Source: Verrucomicrobiales bacterium
Lineage (GTDB): Bacteria > Verrucomicrobiota > Verrucomicrobiia > Verrucomicrobiales > SLCJ01
Assembly: GCA_046075565.1 (NCBI GenBank)
Contig: JBJTQJ010000020.1
Location: forward strand, 1-22,418
Direction of reading: 5' to 3'
Length of the DNA: 22,418 nt
Below the pieces are notes generated by a model. It was not told where the DNA came from. It saw only the letters and a program-made list of their open reading frames with translations, and made no database searches. The translations under genes and the position numbers were made by a program. This document shows, in pieces, positions 1 through 6,953 of the stretch (position 1 is its first letter; every line of letters starts with the position of its first letter).

Positions 1-55
1 TGGAATGGTGTTGTTTTGGCCGCGAGTTGCTTTAGGGAATGGGAGCATCCAAGCC

Positions 56-94
56 AAAAAGCGGCGTTGCCCCCGACAAGGTCGGGGTTGCCGC
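56..94 (-). terminator. Intrinsic-terminator-like hairpin downstream of the BMC operon, part of a REP-like element (56-105)
   Basis: The minus strand reads GCGGC-AA-CCCCGAC-CTT-GTCGGGG-GCAAC-GCCGC-TTTTT: a GC stem-loop followed by a T5 run, about 195 bp past the aldolase stop. Confidence 0.55.
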
Positions 95-233
95 ACGCAC
101 TCCGATACTTGCGCGGATTCTTTCGCCGCCCGGAAGCTGCGGCTCCGCCTGCTCACCGGGCAAACGCAACTCTTCTCACTTCACCCCACCTGCGTCTCAA
201 TCAATCTAGCTTGAAGGCGCTCTTGATGCCCCA

Positions 234-285
234 TCAAGTCTTGTGTCTTGTGTCTTCAAGTCTTGCGTCTTGAACTCTTGCATCT
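234..285. repeat. Degenerate 7-8 bp tandem repeat (7 units ending in TCT)
   Basis: tcaagtct tgtgtct tgtgtct tcaagtct tgcgtct tgaactct tgcatct, immediately 3' of the aldolase stop. Confidence 0.75.
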
Positions 286-288
286 CAC

Positions 289-1422
289 TCACCGCTTCAT
301 CCCGCCGGCGATCTGGTCGGTGAGGGCTTGCACGAGTTTCTCGGCCTCGGGATTGAGCGAGCCGCCGCCGTGGTCCGACGACGCGTCGCCGGACGGGCCA
401 ACGCGGCAGACGGCCCCGGGACGGAATTCGCTGTTGTCGCAAAGTTCACATTCCTTCCAGGTCGAACGTTTGTCGTCCATGCCGAGGCGGGCGCGCAATT
501 CAATCAATTCGCGGGCCTGCGGGCGGGTGATGGTTTTTGGATCTCCTAACAAGGTCGCGATCCAGACGGTCTGGCAGTAGGAATCGGTGTTCTCCATCTT
601 CCAGAAGGCGTCTTCGATGTCCTTGCCCCAGGTGATGACGCCGTGGTTGATCATGAGGATAGCCATGTGGTCCTTGGCCACTTCGCCGACAGCGCGGGCA
701 TTGGCGGGTGTGCCAGGGGTCTGGTATTCGGCCATGCCGATTTCGCCGAGGAAGACCTCCGCTTCGGGAATCATACAGGTCGGCGGGCGGACACCGGCCA
801 CGGCCCAGGCGGTGGCGTGCGGCGGGTGGGCGTGGCAACAGGCTTTGGCCTTCGGGGTCGCCTTCATGATGGCGAGGTGGGTCATCACTTCGGAAGTGCG
901 TTTCCATTTCCCGGCCTTCTGGTTGCCTTCGAGATCGACGAGGCACATGTCGTCGGCGACGAGTTCGCCTTTCGATTTCAGAGTGGGAGTGCAGAGCACG
1001 AGATTGTCGCCGACGCGCACGGTCAGGTTGCCGCCATTGCCATCGACATATCCTCGTTTCCAGACCTTCTGCCCGATTTGTGCCATCCGGTTGCGCACAC
1101 GGATGATGGGTTCGGAATAATAGAAAAGCTGAATCTCCTGGGGCGTGACCGGATCATGGCCGGTTTCCCAGCGGTATTCTTCGTCCACGAGTTGCGGCTC
1201 GGGTGGCACAGCGGGCACTCCCGGTGGCAGCGAGGTGGCGCGGGGGAATCGTTTGCCGGAAGTTGATCCGGCGGCGCTGGTTCCGGGTTTGCTCAGTCCG
1301 CGTTCGCTGAGCGCGTCGAGGGCGGCGGGGGTCCAGAGGGCGTCGCCGGGCAAATGGGAGATGCTTCCGGTATTGGCCAACGCTTGTTCGACATCCTTGG
1401 CGGTGATCACTTTTTGGCTCAT
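289..1422 (-). CDS. pvmN: Class II aldolase/adducin family protein (fuculose/rhamnulose-1-phosphate aldolase type, PvmN-like) with N-terminal extension and C-terminal encapsulation peptide
   Basis: Motifs GNGGNLTVR, CTPT, TSE..TH, HAHPPHATAW (Zn ligands) and NHGVITWG; C-terminal amphipathic helix EAEKLVQALTDQI; last gene of the BMC operon. Confidence 0.92.
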   Translation of the reverse strand: MSQKVITAKDVEQALANTGSISHLPGDALWTPAALDALSERGLSKPGTSAAGSTSGKRFPRATSLPPGVPAVPPEPQLVDEEYRWETGHDPVTPQEIQLFYYSEPIIRVRNRMAQIGQKVWKRGYVDGNGGNLTVRVGDNLVLCTPTLKSKGELVADDMCLVDLEGNQKAGKWKRTSEVMTHLAIMKATPKAKACCHAHPPHATAWAVAGVRPPTCMIPEAEVFLGEIGMAEYQTPGTPANARAVGEVAKDHMAILMINHGVITWGKDIEDAFWKMENTDSYCQTVWIATLLGDPKTITRPQARELIELRARLGMDDKRSTWKECELCDNSEFRPGAVCRVGPSGDASSDHGGGSLNPEAEKLVQALTDQIAGGMKR

Positions 1423-1435
1423 GGTGGGAAAGGGC

Positions 1436-1738
1436 TCAGTTGGCAGGTTGGTAATGAATTTGGTCGAGGATGGCGATATTCAGGGCCTCGATGGGAATGG
1501 GATAATCGAAAGCAGCGGTCGCTTCGCCGCCTTCGACGAAACCGATGATGTCGCCTTGGCCGGCACCCATGTTGTCGTAAACAACCAGGGTGGATTGCGG
1601 GCCAACCGGCGGCGGGGTCGCGCACGCGGAGTTCAGATTGGCGCTCTCGACCGGACTCACGATGAGGAAACGCCCCGCCCGCAGGCCGGGGTCCTGCTGG
1701 TTGAGGGTGACTCTTCCAATGACGTGTCCGATACGCAT
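1436..1738 (-). CDS. BMC vertex (pentamer) protein, EutN/CcmL family
   Basis: 100 aa; MRIGHVIGRV...VVYDNMGAGQGD...GGEA...AILD matches the EutN/CcmL pattern. Confidence 0.92.
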   Translation of the reverse strand: MRIGHVIGRVTLNQQDPGLRAGRFLIVSPVESANLNSACATPPPVGPQSTLVVYDNMGAGQGDIIGFVEGGEATAAFDYPIPIEALNIAILDQIHYQPAN

Positions 1739-1744
1739 GGTTTG

Positions 1745-2029
1745 TTAGTTTTTCACGGCCTCCGTTGCCATGTCATCGACGAGGCCGATGATGGTATTCC
1801 GGATGGGGCTAAGGGGATCGCCGACGAGTTCCTGCGCGGCTTTGCCGTCGGTGGTCATGAGCACGCGCTGGTGCAGGCCAGCGCCATGGGCATCGACGGC
1901 CAACACGGGCGGACTGCCATCGGCGCGGCCGTGCTCATCAAGCCGCTGGCAAAGCGCCAGGCGGCATCCGCGCAAACTGGGATGCGCGATGGTCGCGATG
2001 GCGTGGCCGACGATGAGGCAGACGGTCAT
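1745..2029 (-). CDS. BMC vertex (pentamer) protein, EutN/CcmL family
   Basis: 94 aa; IVGHAIATIAHPSL...AVDAHGAGLHQRV...DGKAA...IIGLVD. Confidence 0.92.
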   Translation of the reverse strand: MTVCLIVGHAIATIAHPSLRGCRLALCQRLDEHGRADGSPPVLAVDAHGAGLHQRVLMTTDGKAAQELVGDPLSPIRNTIIGLVDDMATEAVKN

Positions 2030-2036
2030 GGGTGGC

Positions 2037-3536
2037 TCAGATGATGCGGAGATTCTCGACCATCACACACCGGCGGATGCGGGTGAAGGTCTTCGGCGTG
2101 GTGATGCCTTCGCCAGTGGTGGTGGCGATGGAGTAACTCAGGTATCCTTCGCCGCCGAGGCCGAGGCCGGCGACACAAGGACCGTTCTTCACGAAGATGG
2201 TGGTGTCGAGTTCGCGCGCCATGTAGGTCATGTGATCGACATTGCGGCTGTGGATGATGGCCGAGTGGCGGTAGCCGTGTTCGGAAACGCGCGCGGCTTC
2301 CACACCTTCCTCGAAATTCCGCACGCGCGTGATCGGCAGCATGGGCATCATTTGTTCCTCATAGACGAAGGGATGGTCGGCGGGCGTGACCGCGAAAAGA
2401 AGCTGGGTGCCCGCGGGGATGGTGGCTCCGGCATGTTGGGCAAGCACGGCGGGGTCGCGCCCGACGAGATCGCGATTGAGAACCGGGTGCGAACAACCAC
2501 CGGCGTCCGGCTTCATGGTGAAGGCGGCGGCGGTGAGGCGCGCGAGCTGGTTGTCATCGAGTTGGTAGGCGGCGGAGGCCTTGAGCGCGGCGATGAAACG
2601 ATCGAAGACGGAATCGACAACAAAGACCTGCTTTTCCCCGATGCAGAGGAGGTTGTTATCATAGGCCGCGCCCTTGACGATATCGCGGGCGGCTTTTTCG
2701 ACATCGGCGGTTTCGTCGATGACCACGGGAGGGTTACCCGGGCCGGCGCAGATGGCGCGTTTGCCGCTGGACATGGCGGCCTTCACGACGGCCGGACCGC
2801 CGGTGATGGCGAGCAAGCCGATGTGCGGGCTTTTGCAAAGTTCGTTGAAGCTTTCCAGGGTCGGTTTTTCGACCGTGCAGATCAGATTGGAGATGCCGGT
2901 TTCGCGTTCGATGGCCTGGTTGTAAGCGCGCACGGCGAGGGCGGCACTGCGGGCACCACCTGGATGCGGATTGAAGACAATGGCATTTCCGGCCGCGACC
3001 ATGTTGACGATGTTTCCGCTCAGGGTCGGCACGGAATGAGTGACGGGCAGGATGGCACCAACGACACCATAGGGCGCGTATTCCTCAAGGGTGATACCGC
3101 CGTCGCCGCTCATGGCATCGGGGCGCAACCACTCGACACCGGGCACGCCGCTGATGATCTGGAGTTTTTCGATCTTGTGATCGAGACGGCCAATCTTCGT
3201 TTCCTCGAGTTCGAATGTGCCCCACGGGACGGCATTGGCGACGCAGAGTTCCTTGACGATGCGGATCACTTTCGACCGGCCTTCGACGCCGAGTTTCTTC
3301 AACTTCAGGAAGGCGTCGTGGGCGGCTTCGGCGGCGCAGTCGGCGCAATCGAAGACACCAAGCGGTTTGGCGGCAGCGTGACAATCACAAGGCGCGCTGC
3401 TGTCCTTCGCAGCCGGCTTGGCAACGGGGGCGGCGGCAGGAGCGGGTGACTTCGGAGCCGGGCCATCGCCAAGGCGGCGGAGCACGTCTTCCACGACGCC
3501 GCGGACGAGGGATTCATCAATTTTCAGGTCAGCCAT
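2037..3536 (-). CDS. eutE: CoA-acylating aldehyde dehydrogenase (EutE/PduP family, PvmJ-like) with N-terminal encapsulation peptide
   Basis: Motifs EETKIGR, PYGVVGAILPVTH, TGGPAVV, AGPGNPPVVIDETAD, catalytic DNNLLCIGEK, EEQMMP and TTTGEG; N-terminal helix IDESLVRGVVEDVLRRLG followed by a Pro/Ala linker. Confidence 0.95.
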   Translation of the reverse strand: MADLKIDESLVRGVVEDVLRRLGDGPAPKSPAPAAAPVAKPAAKDSSAPCDCHAAAKPLGVFDCADCAAEAAHDAFLKLKKLGVEGRSKVIRIVKELCVANAVPWGTFELEETKIGRLDHKIEKLQIISGVPGVEWLRPDAMSGDGGITLEEYAPYGVVGAILPVTHSVPTLSGNIVNMVAAGNAIVFNPHPGGARSAALAVRAYNQAIERETGISNLICTVEKPTLESFNELCKSPHIGLLAITGGPAVVKAAMSSGKRAICAGPGNPPVVIDETADVEKAARDIVKGAAYDNNLLCIGEKQVFVVDSVFDRFIAALKASAAYQLDDNQLARLTAAAFTMKPDAGGCSHPVLNRDLVGRDPAVLAQHAGATIPAGTQLLFAVTPADHPFVYEEQMMPMLPITRVRNFEEGVEAARVSEHGYRHSAIIHSRNVDHMTYMARELDTTIFVKNGPCVAGLGLGGEGYLSYSIATTTGEGITTPKTFTRIRRCVMVENLRII

Positions 3537-3551
3537 GGGAATGGAAATAGG

Positions 3552-3866
3552 TCAGGATTGGCCGGTGCGGTAAAGGGTTTTGCCGAGAACATCCACACGG
3601 TCCACGATGCCGATGACGGCGGCATCAACGGGAAGGGATTTCAGGCCCTCGGCTTGGCGGGCGGAGCTGCCCTGCGCGAAAAGGACGATCTCCCCTTCCC
3701 CGGCGCCGACGCTGTCCACTGCGACCACCGTGTTCATGCCGGGGCGGAATTTGCCCGGATCCTTGTCGTCCACGAGCAAAGGACGCAGGACGAGGAGCTT
3801 GTGTCCGGTCATGGCTTCGTTCTTTTTCGTGGCCACGACCTGGCCGATGACTTGGGCGAGAAACAT
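3552..3866 (-). CDS. eutN: BMC vertex (pentamer) protein, EutN/CcmL family
   Basis: 104 aa; MFLAQVIGQVVATKK...VAVDSVGAGEGE...QGSSAR...PVDAAVIGIVD is a canonical EutN pattern. Confidence 0.95.
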   Translation of the reverse strand: MFLAQVIGQVVATKKNEAMTGHKLLVLRPLLVDDKDPGKFRPGMNTVVAVDSVGAGEGEIVLFAQGSSARQAEGLKSLPVDAAVIGIVDRVDVLGKTLYRTGQS

Positions 3867-3881
3867 GGTGGGAATGGGTTG

Positions 3882-3922
3882 GGCTCGGAGCGGAGATCAA
3901 AATCGATCTCCGCCACCGGGCC
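3882..3922 (-). other. Intra-operon stem-loop 3' of the third BMC-H gene
   Basis: GCGGAGATC (3890-3898) pairs perfectly with GATCTCCGC (3905-3913), extended by GGCTCGG/CCGGGCC; no U-tract. Confidence 0.6.
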
Positions 3923-3945
3923 GGGGCTGCATCATGTGATGGAAC

Positions 3946-4254
3946 TCAAGCGCGCGCGCGGGCGGCCGGAGCCTTCTTCTCGCCGGGGAGCACACCGTCG
4001 GTGCGTTCGTCCGGGCGGGCGATGACATGGGCGCTCACGACTTTGCCCAGTTCGGAAGCGGCGGCGGCACCGGCGTCGAGGGCGGCCTTGACGGCAGCCA
4101 CATCTCCGCGGATGGCGGCGCTATTGAGGGCATTGCCCACGTTCTTGAACGGGCCGGCCAATTCGACATTGGCGGCTTTGAGCATGGCATCTACGCCATG
4201 CACGAGGCAGGCGAGGCCTTGGGTTTCGAGGAGTCCGATTGCTTCGTTGGCCAT
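3946..4254 (-). CDS. BMC shell hexamer protein (Pf00936, PduA/EutM-like)
   Basis: AIGLLETQG, DAMLKAANV, RGDVAAVKAA and HVIARP motifs; short basic C-terminal tail. Confidence 0.95.
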   Translation of the reverse strand: MANEAIGLLETQGLACLVHGVDAMLKAANVELAGPFKNVGNALNSAAIRGDVAAVKAALDAGAAAASELGKVVSAHVIARPDERTDGVLPGEKKAPAARARA

Positions 4255-4325
4255 GGTATTTTTTCTTTCTGTTAGGGTGGTTGGGATGTTACGGGCGGCT
4301 TTTGCCGATATTAGGGAAAACTGGT

Positions 4326-5498
4326 TCAGGCGACCTGGCGGAAGACCTCGCGGGCGACCACGAGTTCCTCATTGGCGGGGATGGTGAAAATTCGCGTGCG
4401 GGAGCCGGCGGCGGTCAGTTCGGCTTCGATGCCTTTGGAAGTGGTGTTTTTTCCGGCATCGAGAACAAGGCCGAGTTCAGACAGGCCGTCGCAGACGCGG
4501 GCGCGGATGACATCGCCATTTTCGCCGATGCCGGCGGTGAAGACGAGGGCGTCGCATCCGCCCATCTGGATCCAGTAGGCACCGATCCAACGGCGGATTT
4601 CATGCACGAATACGGAAAGTGCGGTCACGGCATCGGAGTTACCGGCGGCGGCGGCGGCATAGATGTCGCGGATGTCATTGCCCACTCCGCCGGAGAGGCC
4701 GAGCAAACCGGAATCTTTGGAAAGTTGCTTTTCAATTTCGGCCAGGTCGAGCCCGAGGGCGCGGGTGAGGAAAGGAATGGCCATTGAATCGAGGTCGCCG
4801 ACGCGGTTGTTCTGCGGGAGGCCGCTCTGCGGGCTGAGTCCCATGCTGGTGCCGATGGCGACACCATTGAGGATGCCGGTCACGGAACTGCTGCCGCCAA
4901 GGTGGCAGGAAATGACCCGTAATGGTTTGCCCTCCGGCGCGCGCGGGCCGTCACAATAGAGACGTGCCGCGATACCCGCGACATCGGCCCGGCCTAACAA
5001 CTCAGCGGATCGTTCGGCAATGAACTTGTGGCTCGCGCCGTGGAAACCATAACGCCGGAGGCCTGCTTCGTGCCAGGCTTTCGGGACCGCGTAACGGGTC
5101 GCCTCGTCGGGCACCCATTGGTAAAAGGCCGTTTCGAAGAGCGCGAACAACCGGACCTCGGGCAAACGACGGCGGAACGACTCGATGCCGCGGGCATAAG
5201 GCGGATTGTGCGCGGGCGCGATGTCCTTGAATCCATCCAGCGCGGCAATGGCCTTTTCATCGGCGGGCACACAGCCGCTCAACTCGCGTCCGAGCACCGT
5301 CTTGAAGCCGACTGCGTCGAGCTTTCCGGAAAGATGCCCACCCGCCTGCAGTTCCTGCATACATTGATCGATGGCCGCGTCGTAATCGGTGACACGTTCA
5401 TAGCCGCCTTTGGCCAACATGCGTTCTTCCGTTCCGTCCATGTGAAACAGACGGAACTTGAACGAGGTCGAGCCGAGGTTGGCGACGAGGATCAACAT
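4326..5498 (-). CDS. ackA: Acetate/propionate kinase family protein (PVM-type, possibly a lactate kinase)
   Basis: NLGSTSFKF, APAHNP, RRYGFHGASH, CHLGG, TSMGLSP, NRVGDLD, FTAGIGEN and IPANEE motifs. Confidence 0.92.
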   Translation of the reverse strand: MLILVANLGSTSFKFRLFHMDGTEERMLAKGGYERVTDYDAAIDQCMQELQAGGHLSGKLDAVGFKTVLGRELSGCVPADEKAIAALDGFKDIAPAHNPPYARGIESFRRRLPEVRLFALFETAFYQWVPDEATRYAVPKAWHEAGLRRYGFHGASHKFIAERSAELLGRADVAGIAARLYCDGPRAPEGKPLRVISCHLGGSSSVTGILNGVAIGTSMGLSPQSGLPQNNRVGDLDSMAIPFLTRALGLDLAEIEKQLSKDSGLLGLSGGVGNDIRDIYAAAAAGNSDAVTALSVFVHEIRRWIGAYWIQMGGCDALVFTAGIGENGDVIRARVCDGLSELGLVLDAGKNTTSKGIEAELTAAGSRTRIFTIPANEELVVAREVFRQVA

Positions 5499-5516
5499 GG
5501 CGGTGGAACCGGCAAA

Positions 5517-5561
5517 CGCGCACCGGCTACGCGGGTGGACGAACCACCCCGAGCGGGCGCG
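5517..5561 (-). other. Intra-operon stem-loop 3' of the tandem BMC-H genes
   Basis: Core GGGTGG-ACGAA-CCACCC, extended by GCT/AGC and CGCGC/GCGCG outer arms. Confidence 0.55.
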
Positions 5562-5570
5562 GATTCCGGA

Positions 5571-5849
5571 TTACTGCGGAAGGGAGGCGGCGAGTTTGGA
5601 AAGGTCGTCGTGCGGACGCGGGATCACCTTGGTGGCGGTCACTTGTCCGACGCGGGAACCGGCTGAGGCGGCGGCTTCCAGTCCGGCTTTCACGGCGGCG
5701 ACATCGCCGGTGAAGAATCCGGTGACAAGGCCGGAACCGATTTTTTCATAACCGGTCATGGTGATATTCGCGGCCTTGAGGGCGGCGTCGCTGGCTTCGA
5801 TGAGGGTGATGAGACCCTTGGCTTCGATGATGCCGATGGCTTGTTTCAT
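5571..5849 (-). CDS. BMC shell hexamer protein (Pf00936)
   Basis: AIGIIEAKG, DAALKAANI, pore loop KIGSG, GDVAAVKA and VIPRPH. Confidence 0.96.
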   Translation of the reverse strand: MKQAIGIIEAKGLITLIEASDAALKAANITMTGYEKIGSGLVTGFFTGDVAAVKAGLEAAASAGSRVGQVTATKVIPRPHDDLSKLAASLPQ

Positions 5850-5882
5850 GGGAATCGTGTGGTTGGAGATTGGAATTCAGAA

Positions 5883-6155
5883 TCAGGCGAGACCGAACTG
5901 CTTGAGAAGGTCCGGATGGGGGCGGGCGATGACATGGGCGCCGGTCAACTCGCCCACGCGGGCGGCGGCGGCGGCTCCGGCATCAACGGCCGCTTTGACA
6001 CTGCCGACGTCGCCCTTGACGAGCACGGTCAGCAAACCTCCGCCGATCTGGACCTGTTTGACGAGATCGACATTGGCGGCTTTCATCATGGCATCGGTGG
6101 CTTCGACGTTGCCGGCGTAGCCTTTGGTTTCGATTAGTCCGAGGGAATCACTCAT
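5883..6155 (-). CDS. BMC shell hexamer protein (Pf00936)
   Basis: [18 protein letters not shown], pore loop [14 protein letters not shown] and HVIARPH. Confidence 0.96.
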   Translation of the reverse strand: MSDSLGLIETKGYAGNVEATDAMMKAANVDLVKQVQIGGGLLTVLVKGDVGSVKAAVDAGAAAAARVGELTGAHVIARPHPDLLKQFGLA

Positions 6156-6184
6156 GGTGTTTGGGATGTTGGTGTGGTATTGGT

Positions 6185-6862
6185 TCAGGCTTTCAAAAGT
6201 TCACAGAAGGTATCATTGCCAAGGCCGCAGGCGTTTCCTTCGTCCGTGTCGATATGGACCTCGAGTTTGAACGAGGGATCCACACGCACGAGAAGCTGGT
6301 CGAAGGTCACGCCCACCGGGCCATGCACGCGCAATTTCATCATGTCCTTGTGTTTGACACCATAAAATGCGGCGTCGTCGGGATGCATGTGGACGTGGGG
6401 CGCGGCGCGGATCACGCCCTCGTTCATTTCAAAAAACCCGTGCGGACCCATGAGCATACACCCGGGGGTGCCGGCGATGTCGCCCGACATGCGGACGGGG
6501 ATATCGAATCCGAGCGCGATGGCATCGGTGTGGGCCAGTTCGATCTGGTTGAGGTCGCGGCAGGGGCCGAGGATACGCAGATTGGAAATGACCCGGCTGC
6601 GGGGACCGATGAGCGTGACACTCTCCTTGGCCGCGTATTGGCCCTCCTGGTAGAGCATCTTCATCGGGCTGAGCTTGTGCCCGGGACCAAAAAGCGCCTC
6701 GACCGCCGCCTGCGTGAGATGGCAATGCCGGGCGCTCACGTTCACGAGCAGGGCATTGGGCGCTTTCGCGGAAACCGGGACGGGCAGACCCATCCGACGG
6801 TAAACGCTTTCGCGCACCATGTGCTCGATGACCGCGCGAGGCGGGGTGTTCGTGTTCGCCAT
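6185..6862 (-). CDS. pduL: Phosphate propanoyltransferase / phosphotransacylase PduL (225 aa) with N-terminal encapsulation peptide
   Basis: [23 protein letters not shown]...QIEL, APHVHM and HIDTDEGNA motifs. Start placed at ATG 6862 ([25 protein letters not shown]); the longer 407-aa ORF runs antisense through the DeoR gene. Confidence 0.93.
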   Translation of the reverse strand: MANTNTPPRAVIEHMVRESVYRRMGLPVPVSAKAPNALLVNVSARHCHLTQAAVEALFGPGHKLSPMKMLYQEGQYAAKESVTLIGPRSRVISNLRILGPCRDLNQIELAHTDAIALGFDIPVRMSGDIAGTPGCMLMGPHGFFEMNEGVIRAAPHVHMHPDDAAFYGVKHKDMMKLRVHGPVGVTFDQLLVRVDPSFKLEVHIDTDEGNACGLGNDTFCELLKA

Positions 6863-6874
6863 AATTTCGATGTC

Positions 6875-6920
6875 AGACTGGCGGAATCTTCTTGACCCGT
6901 CAACCTTTTTTCCAAATAAT
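6875..6920. promoter_or_regulatory. Putative back-to-back sigma70 promoters for the BMC operon and the DeoR gene
   Basis: The palindrome TTGAC-CC-GTCAA (6892-6903) supplies a -35 on each strand. Plus: TTGACC-17bp-AATAAT (6915-6920). Minus: TTGACG-17bp-CAGTCT (6880-6875). Confidence 0.55.
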
Positions 6921-6948
6921 TCCCAAGAAAATCCCAAATTATCCCAAA
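6910..6948 (+). promoter_or_regulatory. Four helically phased direct repeats, candidate DeoR operator
   Basis: TTCCAAA (6910), TCCCAAG (6921), TCCCAAA (6932), TCCCAAA (6942); spacing 11, 11 and 10 bp. Confidence 0.6.
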
Positions 6949-6953
6949 CGACC

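Noticed and set aside
234..285. CRISPR array
   Set aside because: The units are 7-8 bp with no spacers, and no cas genes are present in the window.
1770..3449. 559-aa plus-strand ORF
   Set aside because: It is an antisense shadow of the AldDH and BMC-P genes, has no recognisable motifs, and is expected from high-GC codon bias.
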